From assembly GCA_902826165.1 (NCBI GenBank), contig CADEDV010000006.1:10270-74269 (forward strand): a DNA stretch of 64,000 nucleotides, written 5' to 3'. The stretch comes from an uncultured Bacteroidota bacterium (lineage in GTDB: Bacteria > Bacteroidota > Bacteroidia > Chitinophagales > Chitinophagaceae). Below, in pieces: positions 48,394 to 56,668 of this stretch; positions within the stretch are counted from its first letter, which is position 1; every line of letters starts with the position of its first letter. A model generated the notes under the pieces. It saw only the letters and a list, made by a program, of their open reading frames with translations, was not told where the DNA came from and ran no database searches. The position numbers and the translations under genes are program-made.

Positions 48394-49947
48394 TTATTTT
48401 TTTCGTTTGCTTTCCATGTATTTTTCATGGATCACCTTGCTCATGGATTTATTATAGACTTTACTTTCCAGCCAGGAGATGATATCCAGGTAAGCAAAAG
48501 CCCTGGTTTCAAAACGGTTCTTCTCCAGGTGTTTGATCTTGCCGAGAAATTTTTCCAGTTCCGGTTTTATTTCCCGGTTAGATACTGCCAGTGATTTCCG
48601 GAAAAATTTAAAGATCTCCTGTTCCACCACGGTCAGGTTTTCCATTTTTGCAAAGAACCGGTAGACAGAACGGCTTAAAGGTTCCATCAGTTCCATATTA
48701 CCCAGTTCATAATGCGCCAACAGGTGTTGCAGGCGGGCATAACATTGCAGGTCCGTACGCAGGTTGCCAGTTTCATTGATGATACCCTGCAGGTAATCAA
48801 TACAGGTACTGTAATCACCACTGCCGAAATAGAGTGTGGCAATTTTATAATTCAGGACCATGATACGATGAGGATCGAGGAACAGATCATATTGTTCCAG
48901 TTTTTCCTCAATGTCCGGCACGATCTTCAGCCCTTCTTTGAAAGTACCTGTCATAAAATGCAGGTTGATCTTTCCTGTGCTGATATACACAAATGCCTGG
49001 GTACGAAAGTTATCATGATCCTGTACCCGGCTGGTTTGTGCAAACTGTTCAAATTTTTTCAGCGTTTTATCGAACTCCCGGTAATTACGCAGGTCAAAAT
49101 GTGCATTCAATAAATAATGCAGGCCTTTGATATAATGACTTGTTTCCACCCGTATCATCAGCGGGTTAGCATCAAAGAGATCGATCCATTTTTGTGCATA
49201 GCGATAATATTGCAAAAAATCCTGGCGGATAAATGCGTACCAGCAATAGCTCTGGTACAGGTACATTTTTTCATAGAAACCAGTAACCAGGTGTGCATCA
49301 GCCGGCAAATGTTCCTGCATGAATTTTTTTACTCCCGCCTCATCCCTTTTATTTCTTGCGTGGCCATGCTGCGTGAACCAACTGAACAACAAGAGAGAAA
49401 GGTTGCTCAATCTTGATACCACATCAATATGACGGCTTACATCATTAGCCTCAATGGCCAGCTGTTCCACCCGGTCGTGCATACTACGGGTAATATGTAA
49501 TCCTTCAATCCTTTTTTCTAATGAAATGACCTGGGTAAGGAAATTATATTTCTGATTATTTCTGGCAATATCTTTTACCCTGTCCAGTATACGCAGGCTT
49601 TGCATAAACAGCCCCTTTTTATATAGTATATGTGCATAGTCAAATTGCTCGTTTAGCTGCAGGTCAAGACTATCAGCACTTTTTAGCAGACGGAGACTGG
49701 CCAGCAGTTCTTTGTACAAATGGCTCTTTAAATTCGCCAGCTGTGGCTTCTGAATACCGGGTAGTTTTTTAAATAACAATTTTTCATCATATTCCTTCAA
49801 CTTATCTAAAGCATCGAAAAGTTTGACGATTTTAAGGTCTTCCCGGGCTGAACTGCGGGTGATATAGAGCTTGAAATGGCGTTTTTCTGCCTTTTCCAAT
49901 GATTTTACTAACTGAAATAATATATCCGTGGGACGGTTGGGCATCAT
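48394..49947 (-). CDS. conserved-looking all-helical hypothetical protein (TPR-like)
   Basis: 517 aa with no signal peptide. The sequence looks predicted-helical throughout by eye. No catalytic motif recognised. Confidence 0.55.
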   Translation of the reverse strand: MMPNRPTDILFQLVKSLEKAEKRHFKLYITRSSAREDLKIVKLFDALDKLKEYDEKLLFKKLPGIQKPQLANLKSHLYKELLASLRLLKSADSLDLQLNEQFDYAHILYKKGLFMQSLRILDRVKDIARNNQKYNFLTQVISLEKRIEGLHITRSMHDRVEQLAIEANDVSRHIDVVSRLSNLSLLLFSWFTQHGHARNKRDEAGVKKFMQEHLPADAHLVTGFYEKMYLYQSYCWYAFIRQDFLQYYRYAQKWIDLFDANPLMIRVETSHYIKGLHYLLNAHFDLRNYREFDKTLKKFEQFAQTSRVQDHDNFRTQAFVYISTGKINLHFMTGTFKEGLKIVPDIEEKLEQYDLFLDPHRIMVLNYKIATLYFGSGDYSTCIDYLQGIINETGNLRTDLQCYARLQHLLAHYELGNMELMEPLSRSVYRFFAKMENLTVVEQEIFKFFRKSLAVSNREIKPELEKFLGKIKHLEKNRFETRAFAYLDIISWLESKVYNKSMSKVIHEKYMESKRKK

Positions 49948-50097
49948 TACAAATTTATCCTGAAATACAGTACCAGTAAGGGTTTTTAAAAAAAATACCG
50001 GTTTTAGACATCATGAAACCCGTCTCATCTTGGCTTGAATAGGCTGTTTACAGCCCTTAATTTTGTTGTACAAAGCTGAAGGGCTTCATAAAGCAAG

Positions 50098-50232
50098 GCA
50101 ATCGTTAGAAGGAAATAGCAAGTCGTCAGAGGTCCAAAAGCAGCAAACAGATACTACTTTATTAAGATTTTCATATGGCAAGCAATCGTTAGAGGTCAGT
50201 CCGTTTCTACGGAAGGGCCTTTTTTCTTTTAA
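50098..50232 (+). ncRNA. candidate small RNA / regulatory leader with a triplicated motif and terminator-like hairpin
   Basis: gcaatcgttaga occurs at 50098-50109 and 50182-50193, with a variant gcaagtcgtcaga at 50118-50130. A hairpin tccgt-ttct-acgga (50200-50213) is followed by ccttttttctttt. The region is otherwise gene-free for 439 bp. Confidence 0.25.
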
Positions 50233-50386
50233 AGGCATGCTAAAGTAAGATTTTATTAACAGCTGCAAAACATATTAGCAGGTTTTTTTATTTTCTCTAC
50301 TCTTTCTGCCCATTTGATGGATAGCTTCAATTTCGGGGATACATTCAGCAAAAACTGATTATTTATCTTCACGCCAAAACAACCCC

Positions 50387-50875
50387 ATGGCTATCCGCAT
50401 CTTCATCACCGGCGGCACCTTCGATAAAGAATATAATGAAATTACAGGTCAGCTTTATTTCAATGACACTCATATGCATGACCTGCTGGAAATGGGACGC
50501 AGTAAGGTTCCGGTAGAGATCAGGACACTGATGATGATCGATAGCCTGGAAATGACCGATGAGGACCGTGAGCTGATCGCTTACCAATGCAATCAGTGTG
50601 ACGAAGAAAAGATCGTTATCACGCATGGCACGGATACAATGGCCATGACGGCTAAATTATTGGCAGAAAAAGTAAAAGATAAAACGATCATACTGACCGG
50701 GGCGATGATTCCTATTAAATTTGGTAGCTCGGATGGCTTATTTAACCTCGGTAGTGCATTAGCTTTTGCGCAAACACTATCTCCCGGTGTTTACGTGGCC
50801 ATGAATGGACGTTATTTCAATTGGGATAATGTGCGGAAGAATAAACAAACGGGGATGTTTGAAGAGATAAAATGA
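50387..50875 (+). CDS. short single-domain asparaginase-family protein
   Basis: 162 aa. ITGGTFDK (compare the TGGTI catalytic Thr motif) and ITHGTDTM motifs of the asparaginase N-domain. Confidence 0.7.
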   Translation: MAIRIFITGGTFDKEYNEITGQLYFNDTHMHDLLEMGRSKVPVEIRTLMMIDSLEMTDEDRELIAYQCNQCDEEKIVITHGTDTMAMTAKLLAEKVKDKTIILTGAMIPIKFGSSDGLFNLGSALAFAQTLSPGVYVAMNGRYFNWDNVRKNKQTGMFEEIK

Positions 50876-50898
50876 TTAGCGAAAGAATACTAAAAGAA

Positions 50899-50923
50899 AA
50901 GGCGGTACAGGTTGTACCGCCTT
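50899..50923. terminator. bidirectional hairpin terminator
   Basis: Stem aaggcggtaca/tgtaccgcctt with a short loop, flanked by A- and T-rich tracts between convergent genes. Confidence 0.75.
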
Positions 50924-50949
50924 TCTTATTAACCATTAAAACTATACCA

Positions 50950-51861
50950 CTATTTTTTCAGGCTCAGGCTCCTGTTAATAGTAAAGCCAAAAGCAAGGTT
51001 ATGAAAATCAAGTTTACTGCTGTTTCGTGCCAGCTGATCGATATTAGAGGAGCTGGTAGTGTTACCAATATAGAACTGGAATAAGTGACCACCGGTATTG
51101 AATTCCATACCTACAGAAAGCAGGTCGGGTTTGTAATTCACGATATTACCGTTTTTATCCAGCAGGTTCTCATACATATTGAACTGGCGGGCATATTCAA
51201 ACGTGATATTCTTGTTAGCAGTCAGCTTATATTTTCCGCCAAGGCCCATAGAGAATACAGAATTACTGTTGTTGATGCCATAAGGGACCACATTAAAGTA
51301 AACCAATGTTGGCATTAACTGCAGGGAAAATTTATCAGAGAACTTACGGGCTACCAATAACTGGTGCATGAAAGAATATTTATTCCATCCGAGAGAAACA
51401 GAAGCATCTTTGGCAGCATTTACGTTGAACATAGAATACCAGCCCACAGATACAGGAATATTTTTCGCACCGGTTTGCTGGCGCAGAATTTTGAATTTAG
51501 CAAAGCCTTCAAAACGTGACCTTCCGGCAGCAGCTAATCCCAGGTTCATATAAGGGGTGGGAGAGTAATCAAATGACAGATATGTATACGCAAGACCGGA
51601 GTTTAAACCCAGTAAACCAGCCATATTATCCTGTGTGGAACCACCTTCGGGCCACAAGGGGCTGAAATGGTGAGATATTAAGAACTGGAGACTTCCTTTA
51701 CTTACGATCTCCGTACTCTGCATATTAATGATCCGGGTAGAATTGAAAGTGGCCCGGGTAAATTTTTGTTTAGGAGCTTCTGTAGCTTCGGGAGTATCCT
51801 GTGCAATGGTAGTTGCCCAACAACCCAATCCTAAAACGAGAAGCGAAAATATTTTTTTCAT
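50950..51861 (-). CDS. small outer-membrane beta-barrel protein (DUF5777-like)
   Basis: 303 aa with a signal peptide. Alternating-hydrophobicity strands run throughout, and GGHLFQFYIGNT lies near the C-terminus. The family name is from memory and needs an HMM check. Confidence 0.65.
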   Translation of the reverse strand: MKKIFSLLVLGLGCWATTIAQDTPEATEAPKQKFTRATFNSTRIINMQSTEIVSKGSLQFLISHHFSPLWPEGGSTQDNMAGLLGLNSGLAYTYLSFDYSPTPYMNLGLAAAGRSRFEGFAKFKILRQQTGAKNIPVSVGWYSMFNVNAAKDASVSLGWNKYSFMHQLLVARKFSDKFSLQLMPTLVYFNVVPYGINNSNSVFSMGLGGKYKLTANKNITFEYARQFNMYENLLDKNGNIVNYKPDLLSVGMEFNTGGHLFQFYIGNTTSSSNIDQLARNSSKLDFHNLAFGFTINRSLSLKK

Positions 51862-51907
51862 AAAACCTGTTTTATTTTTAAAACAATCTTTTTCTTAATG
51901 ATACTAA

Positions 51908-52525
51908 TTACTGGGGTTGCCCCTGGTTGATCCACTCTTTGAATTTATTGATGGTACAAGTGGTAAGACTTAATGCGCCACCGGGGTGTCCCTGGCTACC
52001 ACCACTGTTCATAATAGTAGTAAGAACAGTTTTCTCAGCCACCATTTTATTATAATCCAATGCTACTGCGATACCACCATGGCAGGTAGATCCTTTACAA
52101 CTGGTATTATAGATCGGTAAAATATCTACTGTATAACGCAGGCTACCACTTACAGTACAACCAGCACCATCATCATAAGGATCTCCCTGGTCAATCCATT
52201 GCTTAATGATGTTCTTCTCATTAGGAGCAAAATCAATAGCACCACCACCTGGGTGAATACCGCCTTCCACCCATGCTTTAAAAACAGATACACGGGAAAG
52301 AATCGCATCATAAAATACCGTATCAAAATGAGAGAATTGTACAGCCCTGGTGGCTATACCATTATTATGACATCCGCAGGGCCCGGCTGTAATGATGGGT
52401 GCCACTTCACTTCTGAAGGATACCCGCGGTAAGGCAATAATATCTTCTTTATTCTGGTAACAGGATGACAGCGCATAAACGATCATCGTGGTCATCATTG
52501 CTGTTATTAATATTTTTGTTTTCAT
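51908..52525 (-). CDS. lipoprotein with two Planctomycete-cytochrome-c-like (PSCyt1-like) domains carrying non-canonical Cys motifs
   Basis: Lipobox ALSSC. Domain 1 is APIITAGPCGCHNNG...IIKQWIDQG. Domain 2 is ILPIYNTSCKGSTCHGG...FKEWINQG. No CXXCH is present. Confidence 0.6.
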   Translation of the reverse strand: MKTKILITAMMTTMIVYALSSCYQNKEDIIALPRVSFRSEVAPIITAGPCGCHNNGIATRAVQFSHFDTVFYDAILSRVSVFKAWVEGGIHPGGGAIDFAPNEKNIIKQWIDQGDPYDDGAGCTVSGSLRYTVDILPIYNTSCKGSTCHGGIAVALDYNKMVAEKTVLTTIMNSGGSQGHPGGALSLTTCTINKFKEWINQGQPQ

Positions 52526-52557
52526 AAACCTGTAGTTTTTTGTAATGATTGATTGGG

Positions 52558-53748
52558 TTAGCGTCTGATGATGTTTCCTGTTTTCCTGTATTTGAAAATA
52601 CCGGCATTATTGACACCATATTTCCACACATCCGGCACATTAGGATCAGCAAAGTACCAGGCTTTGATCAGGGCCACTTCATGCGGTTTCAAACCACCAT
52701 CTCCATATGCCATATCACCCTGGTGTGATGATGCAAATACGCCAGTAGATGGGTTTGCCAGCACTACTGTTGAATCAACTCTTGACACCATAGAGCTTGT
52801 TACATTCAGATAATTTGCTCTTGCATAATATTGTGTAAGCGTTACAGGATCTGTATATTGAACAGATGAATTACTCCTGGCACTTTTCGGATACATAATA
52901 TCCATCAGTATATCATCATAATTCTGCAGAGGTCCTCTTGTACTGGAAGCAGAACGTGGAGTGGTAAGAGTTTTCCAGGGCCTGAAACTTGCATTAGCAA
53001 TAGTATCCCCATAGAATTTTTTTACACTGTCTTTATAAGAGGTCCATACCTGGTTCAATAATGTTTGATTGGAAACCTGGCAGTATAACGTAACGGAACC
53101 AGTAACGGGGTTGATATAAGTAAAGGTGCTGGTATCCGCTGTGGTCAATGGCCCAAACAAACCTTTCCTGGCCCATCCACCGGTAGCCGTTGCCTGGTTA
53201 TGACAATTGGCAGATCCGCAACCATCTGCAATAAGCCTGATAGCGGCTGGTCTGAAATCGGCCAGATCAGGTCTTTCTTTAGCACCATTTAATATCCAGT
53301 TATAAATAAGGCCTTTGTCAGAAGTATTCAATTCATGATTGGAAGCAACAGGGGGCATTGCTTTATCAAAATCATTGGTAGTGATGAACTCCCACAATTT
53401 GCTTCCCTGGGGATTGCCCGGAGTCACATACTTCATGATCTCAGCATAAGTATCAAACTTAGGTGCGATAGGGCCACCATGACAGTTAGAAGTACCGCAG
53501 TACTCATGAATAACAGTTTGTACACCCCGGTATTTGATAACGTCATTTACATCTGGCGTAAGATCAGAAGGGCTTACGGTGTTGCTTTCATAAAACGAAG
53601 CATAGACAGTTGAGTCAGCAGAACCCGTAAAAGACCTGTTAAGGCCTTTTACAATATCTCCTGATTTCGTACACTGGAAAACGGTAGTTGCGAGAAACAC
53701 ACCACAAACAAAGAGAACCACCGTTTGAATAGCTGAAACCTTTTTCAT
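52558..53748 (-). CDS. lipoprotein with PSCyt1-like domains bearing C-x4-CH motifs
   Basis: Signal/lipobox TVFQC. VIHEYCGTSNCHGGP...PGNPQGSKLWEFI...MPP...LIYNWILNGA follows the PSCyt1 pattern. A second CGSANCH is followed by a roughly 200-aa insertion, then GDMAYGDGGLKPHEVALIKAWY. Confidence 0.6.
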   Translation of the reverse strand: MKKVSAIQTVVLFVCGVFLATTVFQCTKSGDIVKGLNRSFTGSADSTVYASFYESNTVSPSDLTPDVNDVIKYRGVQTVIHEYCGTSNCHGGPIAPKFDTYAEIMKYVTPGNPQGSKLWEFITTNDFDKAMPPVASNHELNTSDKGLIYNWILNGAKERPDLADFRPAAIRLIADGCGSANCHNQATATGGWARKGLFGPLTTADTSTFTYINPVTGSVTLYCQVSNQTLLNQVWTSYKDSVKKFYGDTIANASFRPWKTLTTPRSASSTRGPLQNYDDILMDIMYPKSARSNSSVQYTDPVTLTQYYARANYLNVTSSMVSRVDSTVVLANPSTGVFASSHQGDMAYGDGGLKPHEVALIKAWYFADPNVPDVWKYGVNNAGIFKYRKTGNIIRR

Positions 53749-53830
53749 AAAAAGCTAGTTTAACTTATTGAAATGTTGATGCTGATAAGAACTCATCTTT
53801 AAAATGCAATGTCAAAACTATCCCGGTGTA

Positions 53831-53961
53831 GTTGACAGTCTCATGACAAGAGACTGTTTGAAATATGACTTTAGTCACACAAGCTCCTAATGATAATCAA
53901 GATCAATGCATTTGTGACTTATCTCACTTAGAATCTTGACTCCTGTCATGAGAATGTCAAC
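53831..53961. promoter_or_regulatory. nested inverted repeats in the divergent promoter region
   Basis: gttgacagtctcatgaca (53831-53848) and tgtcatgagaatgtcaac (53944-53961) are reverse complements with one mismatch. An internal 8-bp palindromic hairpin acagtctc/gagactgt lies at 53835-53857, and tagtcaca/tgtgactt half-sites lie between. Confidence 0.4.
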
Positions 53962-54017
53962 GACTCATAAATAAGTTGCATTGTCTTTTACATTCTATAA
54001 ACACAAACCGGTTATAT

Positions 54018-54245
54018 ATGGGAAACAATAAGAAACCAGGTAACAAATCCCGCCGGGATTTTTTATCCCTCTTCATTTCAGCTGATAAAAAAACAGCCCC
54101 TGCTGAAATGGTAAAAATGCTGACAGCAGATGGCAAACTGGTTGAAGTAGACAAAGCTGTTCTGGATGAACTCACTAAGAAGCAGAAGGCTACAAATCAA
54201 CAAATTTTTGACTGGATGAAAAACCCTTCTAAAGAAAACAGCTGA
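54018..54245 (+). CDS. small protein with a twin-arginine-like N-terminus, paralogous to the N-terminal region of the adjacent FeS protein
   Basis: 75 aa from ATG 54018. KSRRDFLSLF...VKMLTADGKLVEVDKAVL parallels KGRRDFIKTA...VKLLSPNGEIVEIDSAYL in the next gene. Confidence 0.5.
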   Translation: MGNNKKPGNKSRRDFLSLFISADKKTAPAEMVKMLTADGKLVEVDKAVLDELTKKQKATNQQIFDWMKNPSKENS

Positions 54246-54278
54246 TAACCCTAATGCTCCTTATTAATAATAAGCACC

Positions 54279-55247
54279 ATGAAACAAGAAGAAATAAATG
54301 ACAAAGGCCGCCGGGATTTTATCAAGACTGCTGCTATCGCAACAGTTGCAGCTACTGCCTGTGGCAGCCTGGCTTGTTCCTGCTCTTCAAAAAAAGCAAC
54401 TACAGGAGATAAGGTAAAACTCTTATCACCCAACGGAGAGATCGTAGAGATCGACTCTGCCTACCTGAAACATGAGGAACATATGGCCATTGTCTCCAAA
54501 CTGGAAGCCAGGGAAGGTATTGCCGGTAAAAAATTCGTGATGGTGGTGGACCTGGCCAGTTGCAAAAATGCAAGAAGCTGCGTCAGTGCCTGTCAGAAAT
54601 GGCACTATCGTCCGAAAGAAACCGAATGGCTGACTGTAAAACTTTTACAGGATAGTGAAAAAGCGGCCCCTTACTGGTTCCCCAAACAATGCTTCCATTG
54701 TGACAACCCTCCTTGCGTAAAGGTTTGTCCCGTTGATGCCACTTTCAAAAGACAAGATGGTCTTGTATTGATAGATAATGAACGTTGTATTGGCTGTAAG
54801 TTCTGTATGGCAGCCTGCCCCTACTCTACCCGTGTATTTAACTGGGATGAACCCGATCAGCCTTTTGATATAAGAAGTTTGACCTCTAACCCCGAAACGG
54901 GTATTCCTGCTAAAGTGGGTACCGTGGAGAAATGTGATTTCTGTCCTGATCGTGCCCGGGAAGGCCTGCTCCCGCCTTGTGTGGAAGCTTGTCCTAATGG
55001 CGTATTCTATTTTGGAGATGAAAATGAAGATACGGTCAGCAATGGTCTTGAAACAGTCAGCTTCAGCCAATTGATCAAAGACAGGGCAGCTTACCGCTAC
55101 CAGGAAGAGCTTGGTACCAAACCAAGGGTCTATTACCTGCCGCCAAAAGACAGGGCATTCCCTGTGGAAAAAGGATACCAGGATGCTGATTCAGCTATCA
55201 AGGAAAGATTTAAAGATTACAAGGATCTGCTTGAAGCAAAAGAATAA
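54279..55247 (+). CDS. Tat-exported 4x[4Fe-4S] ferredoxin-type subunit (NrfC/PsrB/DsrO-like)
   Basis: Tat signal GRRDFIKTAAIATVAA. Cys clusters are CKNARSCVSAC, CFHCDNPPCVKVCP, CIGCKFCMAACP and CDFCPDR...CVEACP. Confidence 0.9.
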   Translation: MKQEEINDKGRRDFIKTAAIATVAATACGSLACSCSSKKATTGDKVKLLSPNGEIVEIDSAYLKHEEHMAIVSKLEAREGIAGKKFVMVVDLASCKNARSCVSACQKWHYRPKETEWLTVKLLQDSEKAAPYWFPKQCFHCDNPPCVKVCPVDATFKRQDGLVLIDNERCIGCKFCMAACPYSTRVFNWDEPDQPFDIRSLTSNPETGIPAKVGTVEKCDFCPDRAREGLLPPCVEACPNGVFYFGDENEDTVSNGLETVSFSQLIKDRAAYRYQEELGTKPRVYYLPPKDRAFPVEKGYQDADSAIKERFKDYKDLLEAKE

Positions 55248-55286
55248 GCAAACCCATTCTTCAACTTTCTCAATGAATACTTAATT

Positions 55287-56627
55287 ATGGAACTCAATAC
55301 ATATCAACAGGAAGCTTTCGATTATCAGCGTAAGAATATCGAAACATATGGCAAAAGAGCCTGGGGCTGGACCATCTTTTATGTGCTCTGCATTCTCGTG
55401 GGCTTATACGCATTATACCTGCAGATTGCCAAAGGACATGGTGTAACAGGAATGAGAGACAATGTGGTTTGGGGTCTGTTCATCGTCAACTTTATCTTCT
55501 TTATCGGGCTCAGTTATGCAGGTGCCATCATTGCCGGTATCCTTCACTTATCCAAAGTAACCTGGGGTAAACCCATTATACGGCTTGCCCAGTTCATGAC
55601 ACTGATCTCCGTGATCGTAGGACCGATTTTTATTCTGCTTTGTGTGGGCCGCTTTGACAGGATGCACCATTTATTTATTTATCCAAGAATACAATCCCCA
55701 CTTACCTGGGATGTGATGGCTGTTGTTACCTTCTTTGCGGGTAGTGTCCTGTTTCTTTACCTGGCACTTATTAAAGATTTCTCTGTGTACCGTGATGCCA
55801 AACTGGATATTCCGAAATGGAAACAAAAATTGTATAAGATACTTGCATTAGGTTATCGTGGCGCTGCCAGCCAGAAAAGACACTTACTGATCTCGCAAAA
55901 CCTGATGGCGATCATCATGATCCCGCTGTCCATTGTTGTTGCCTCTATTCTTTCCTGGATATTTGGTATGACATTGAGGCCAGGCTGGCACAGTACTATC
56001 TTCGGACCTTACTTTGTTTTAGGGGCTGTTTATTCTGGTTGTGGTTTGCTGATCGTGGCCATGTGGTTTTACAGGAAAATGTACAAACTGGATTATTATT
56101 TTACAGACCGCCATTTTAAATACCTCGGGTATATTATGCTGGTGCTGGCCGCCGGTTATGGTTATTTTACTTTCTCCGAATATTTTACCGGTTGGTTTGG
56201 CTCCGAAAAATGGGACAGCGAACTGATCCATAAATTATTCAGCCCTGCTGAGTATGGCTGGTGGACATTCTTTGCCAATTTCGCGGGCATCGTATTACCG
56301 ATTGCTATTGTTGCTATTCCTGCCACCCGAAAACCAGGTCCTATCACGTTAGTGGCATTCATTATGGTAATCGCCATGTGGATAAAACGTTACCTCATCA
56401 TTGTTCCTACACTGGAAACAACTTTATTACCAATGCAGGATACCAGAGCAGAGTATGTAAAATATGCTGCCACCTGGCCTGAATGGGCATTGACCATTGC
56501 AGGTATTGCCACTTTCCTGCTATTCTTTACCGTGATGTCAAAATTTGTAACAGTTGTACCGGTTTCCGGGTTAGAAGATACACATACACATCATGAACAA
56601 CACCAGTTACAACACGAACATCATTAA
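55287..56627 (+). CDS. NrfD/PsrC-family integral membrane quinone-interacting subunit
   Basis: 446 aa with about 10 TM helices. The N-terminal WG...F.....G.......Q...G...TGM...V.WGL.I..F.FFIG.S.AG pattern is typical of NrfD/ActC/HmcC. The C-terminal tail is His-rich. Confidence 0.9.
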   Translation: MELNTYQQEAFDYQRKNIETYGKRAWGWTIFYVLCILVGLYALYLQIAKGHGVTGMRDNVVWGLFIVNFIFFIGLSYAGAIIAGILHLSKVTWGKPIIRLAQFMTLISVIVGPIFILLCVGRFDRMHHLFIYPRIQSPLTWDVMAVVTFFAGSVLFLYLALIKDFSVYRDAKLDIPKWKQKLYKILALGYRGAASQKRHLLISQNLMAIIMIPLSIVVASILSWIFGMTLRPGWHSTIFGPYFVLGAVYSGCGLLIVAMWFYRKMYKLDYYFTDRHFKYLGYIMLVLAAGYGYFTFSEYFTGWFGSEKWDSELIHKLFSPAEYGWWTFFANFAGIVLPIAIVAIPATRKPGPITLVAFIMVIAMWIKRYLIIVPTLETTLLPMQDTRAEYVKYAATWPEWALTIAGIATFLLFFTVMSKFVTVVPVSGLEDTHTHHEQHQLQHEHH

Positions 56628-56668
56628 GCAACAAACCAGGAAAGTACAACCTGCTAAAAAGATAGTAT

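Noticed and set aside
45905-49947. UvrD-like helicase plus an adjacent large unknown protein as a helicase-based anti-phage system
   Set aside because: The helicase has the full canonical UvrD/PcrA motif set and C-terminal tail expected of the housekeeping enzyme. No nuclease, ATPase or effector-like partner is present.
50118-50150. Resemblance of gtcagaggtccaaaagcagc to the SRP (4.5S) RNA domain IV core
   Set aside because: The GNRA-type tetraloop hairpin and the flanking helices that would pair the 5' and 3' ends are absent. I also saw no RNase P, tmRNA or 6S hallmark segments.
50063-50268. 61-aa and 60-aa ORFs in the 49948-50386 gap
   Set aside because: Their sequences mirror the nucleotide repeats (QSLEGNS / QSLEVSP). 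They have no plausible start context or recognisable features, so the region is treated as non-coding.
51908-53748. Calling the two lipoproteins multiheme c-type cytochromes
   Set aside because: Neither sequence contains a canonical CXXCH. Only C-x4-CH and C-x-CH variants occur, so heme attachment is unproven. They are reported as cytochrome-like domains only.
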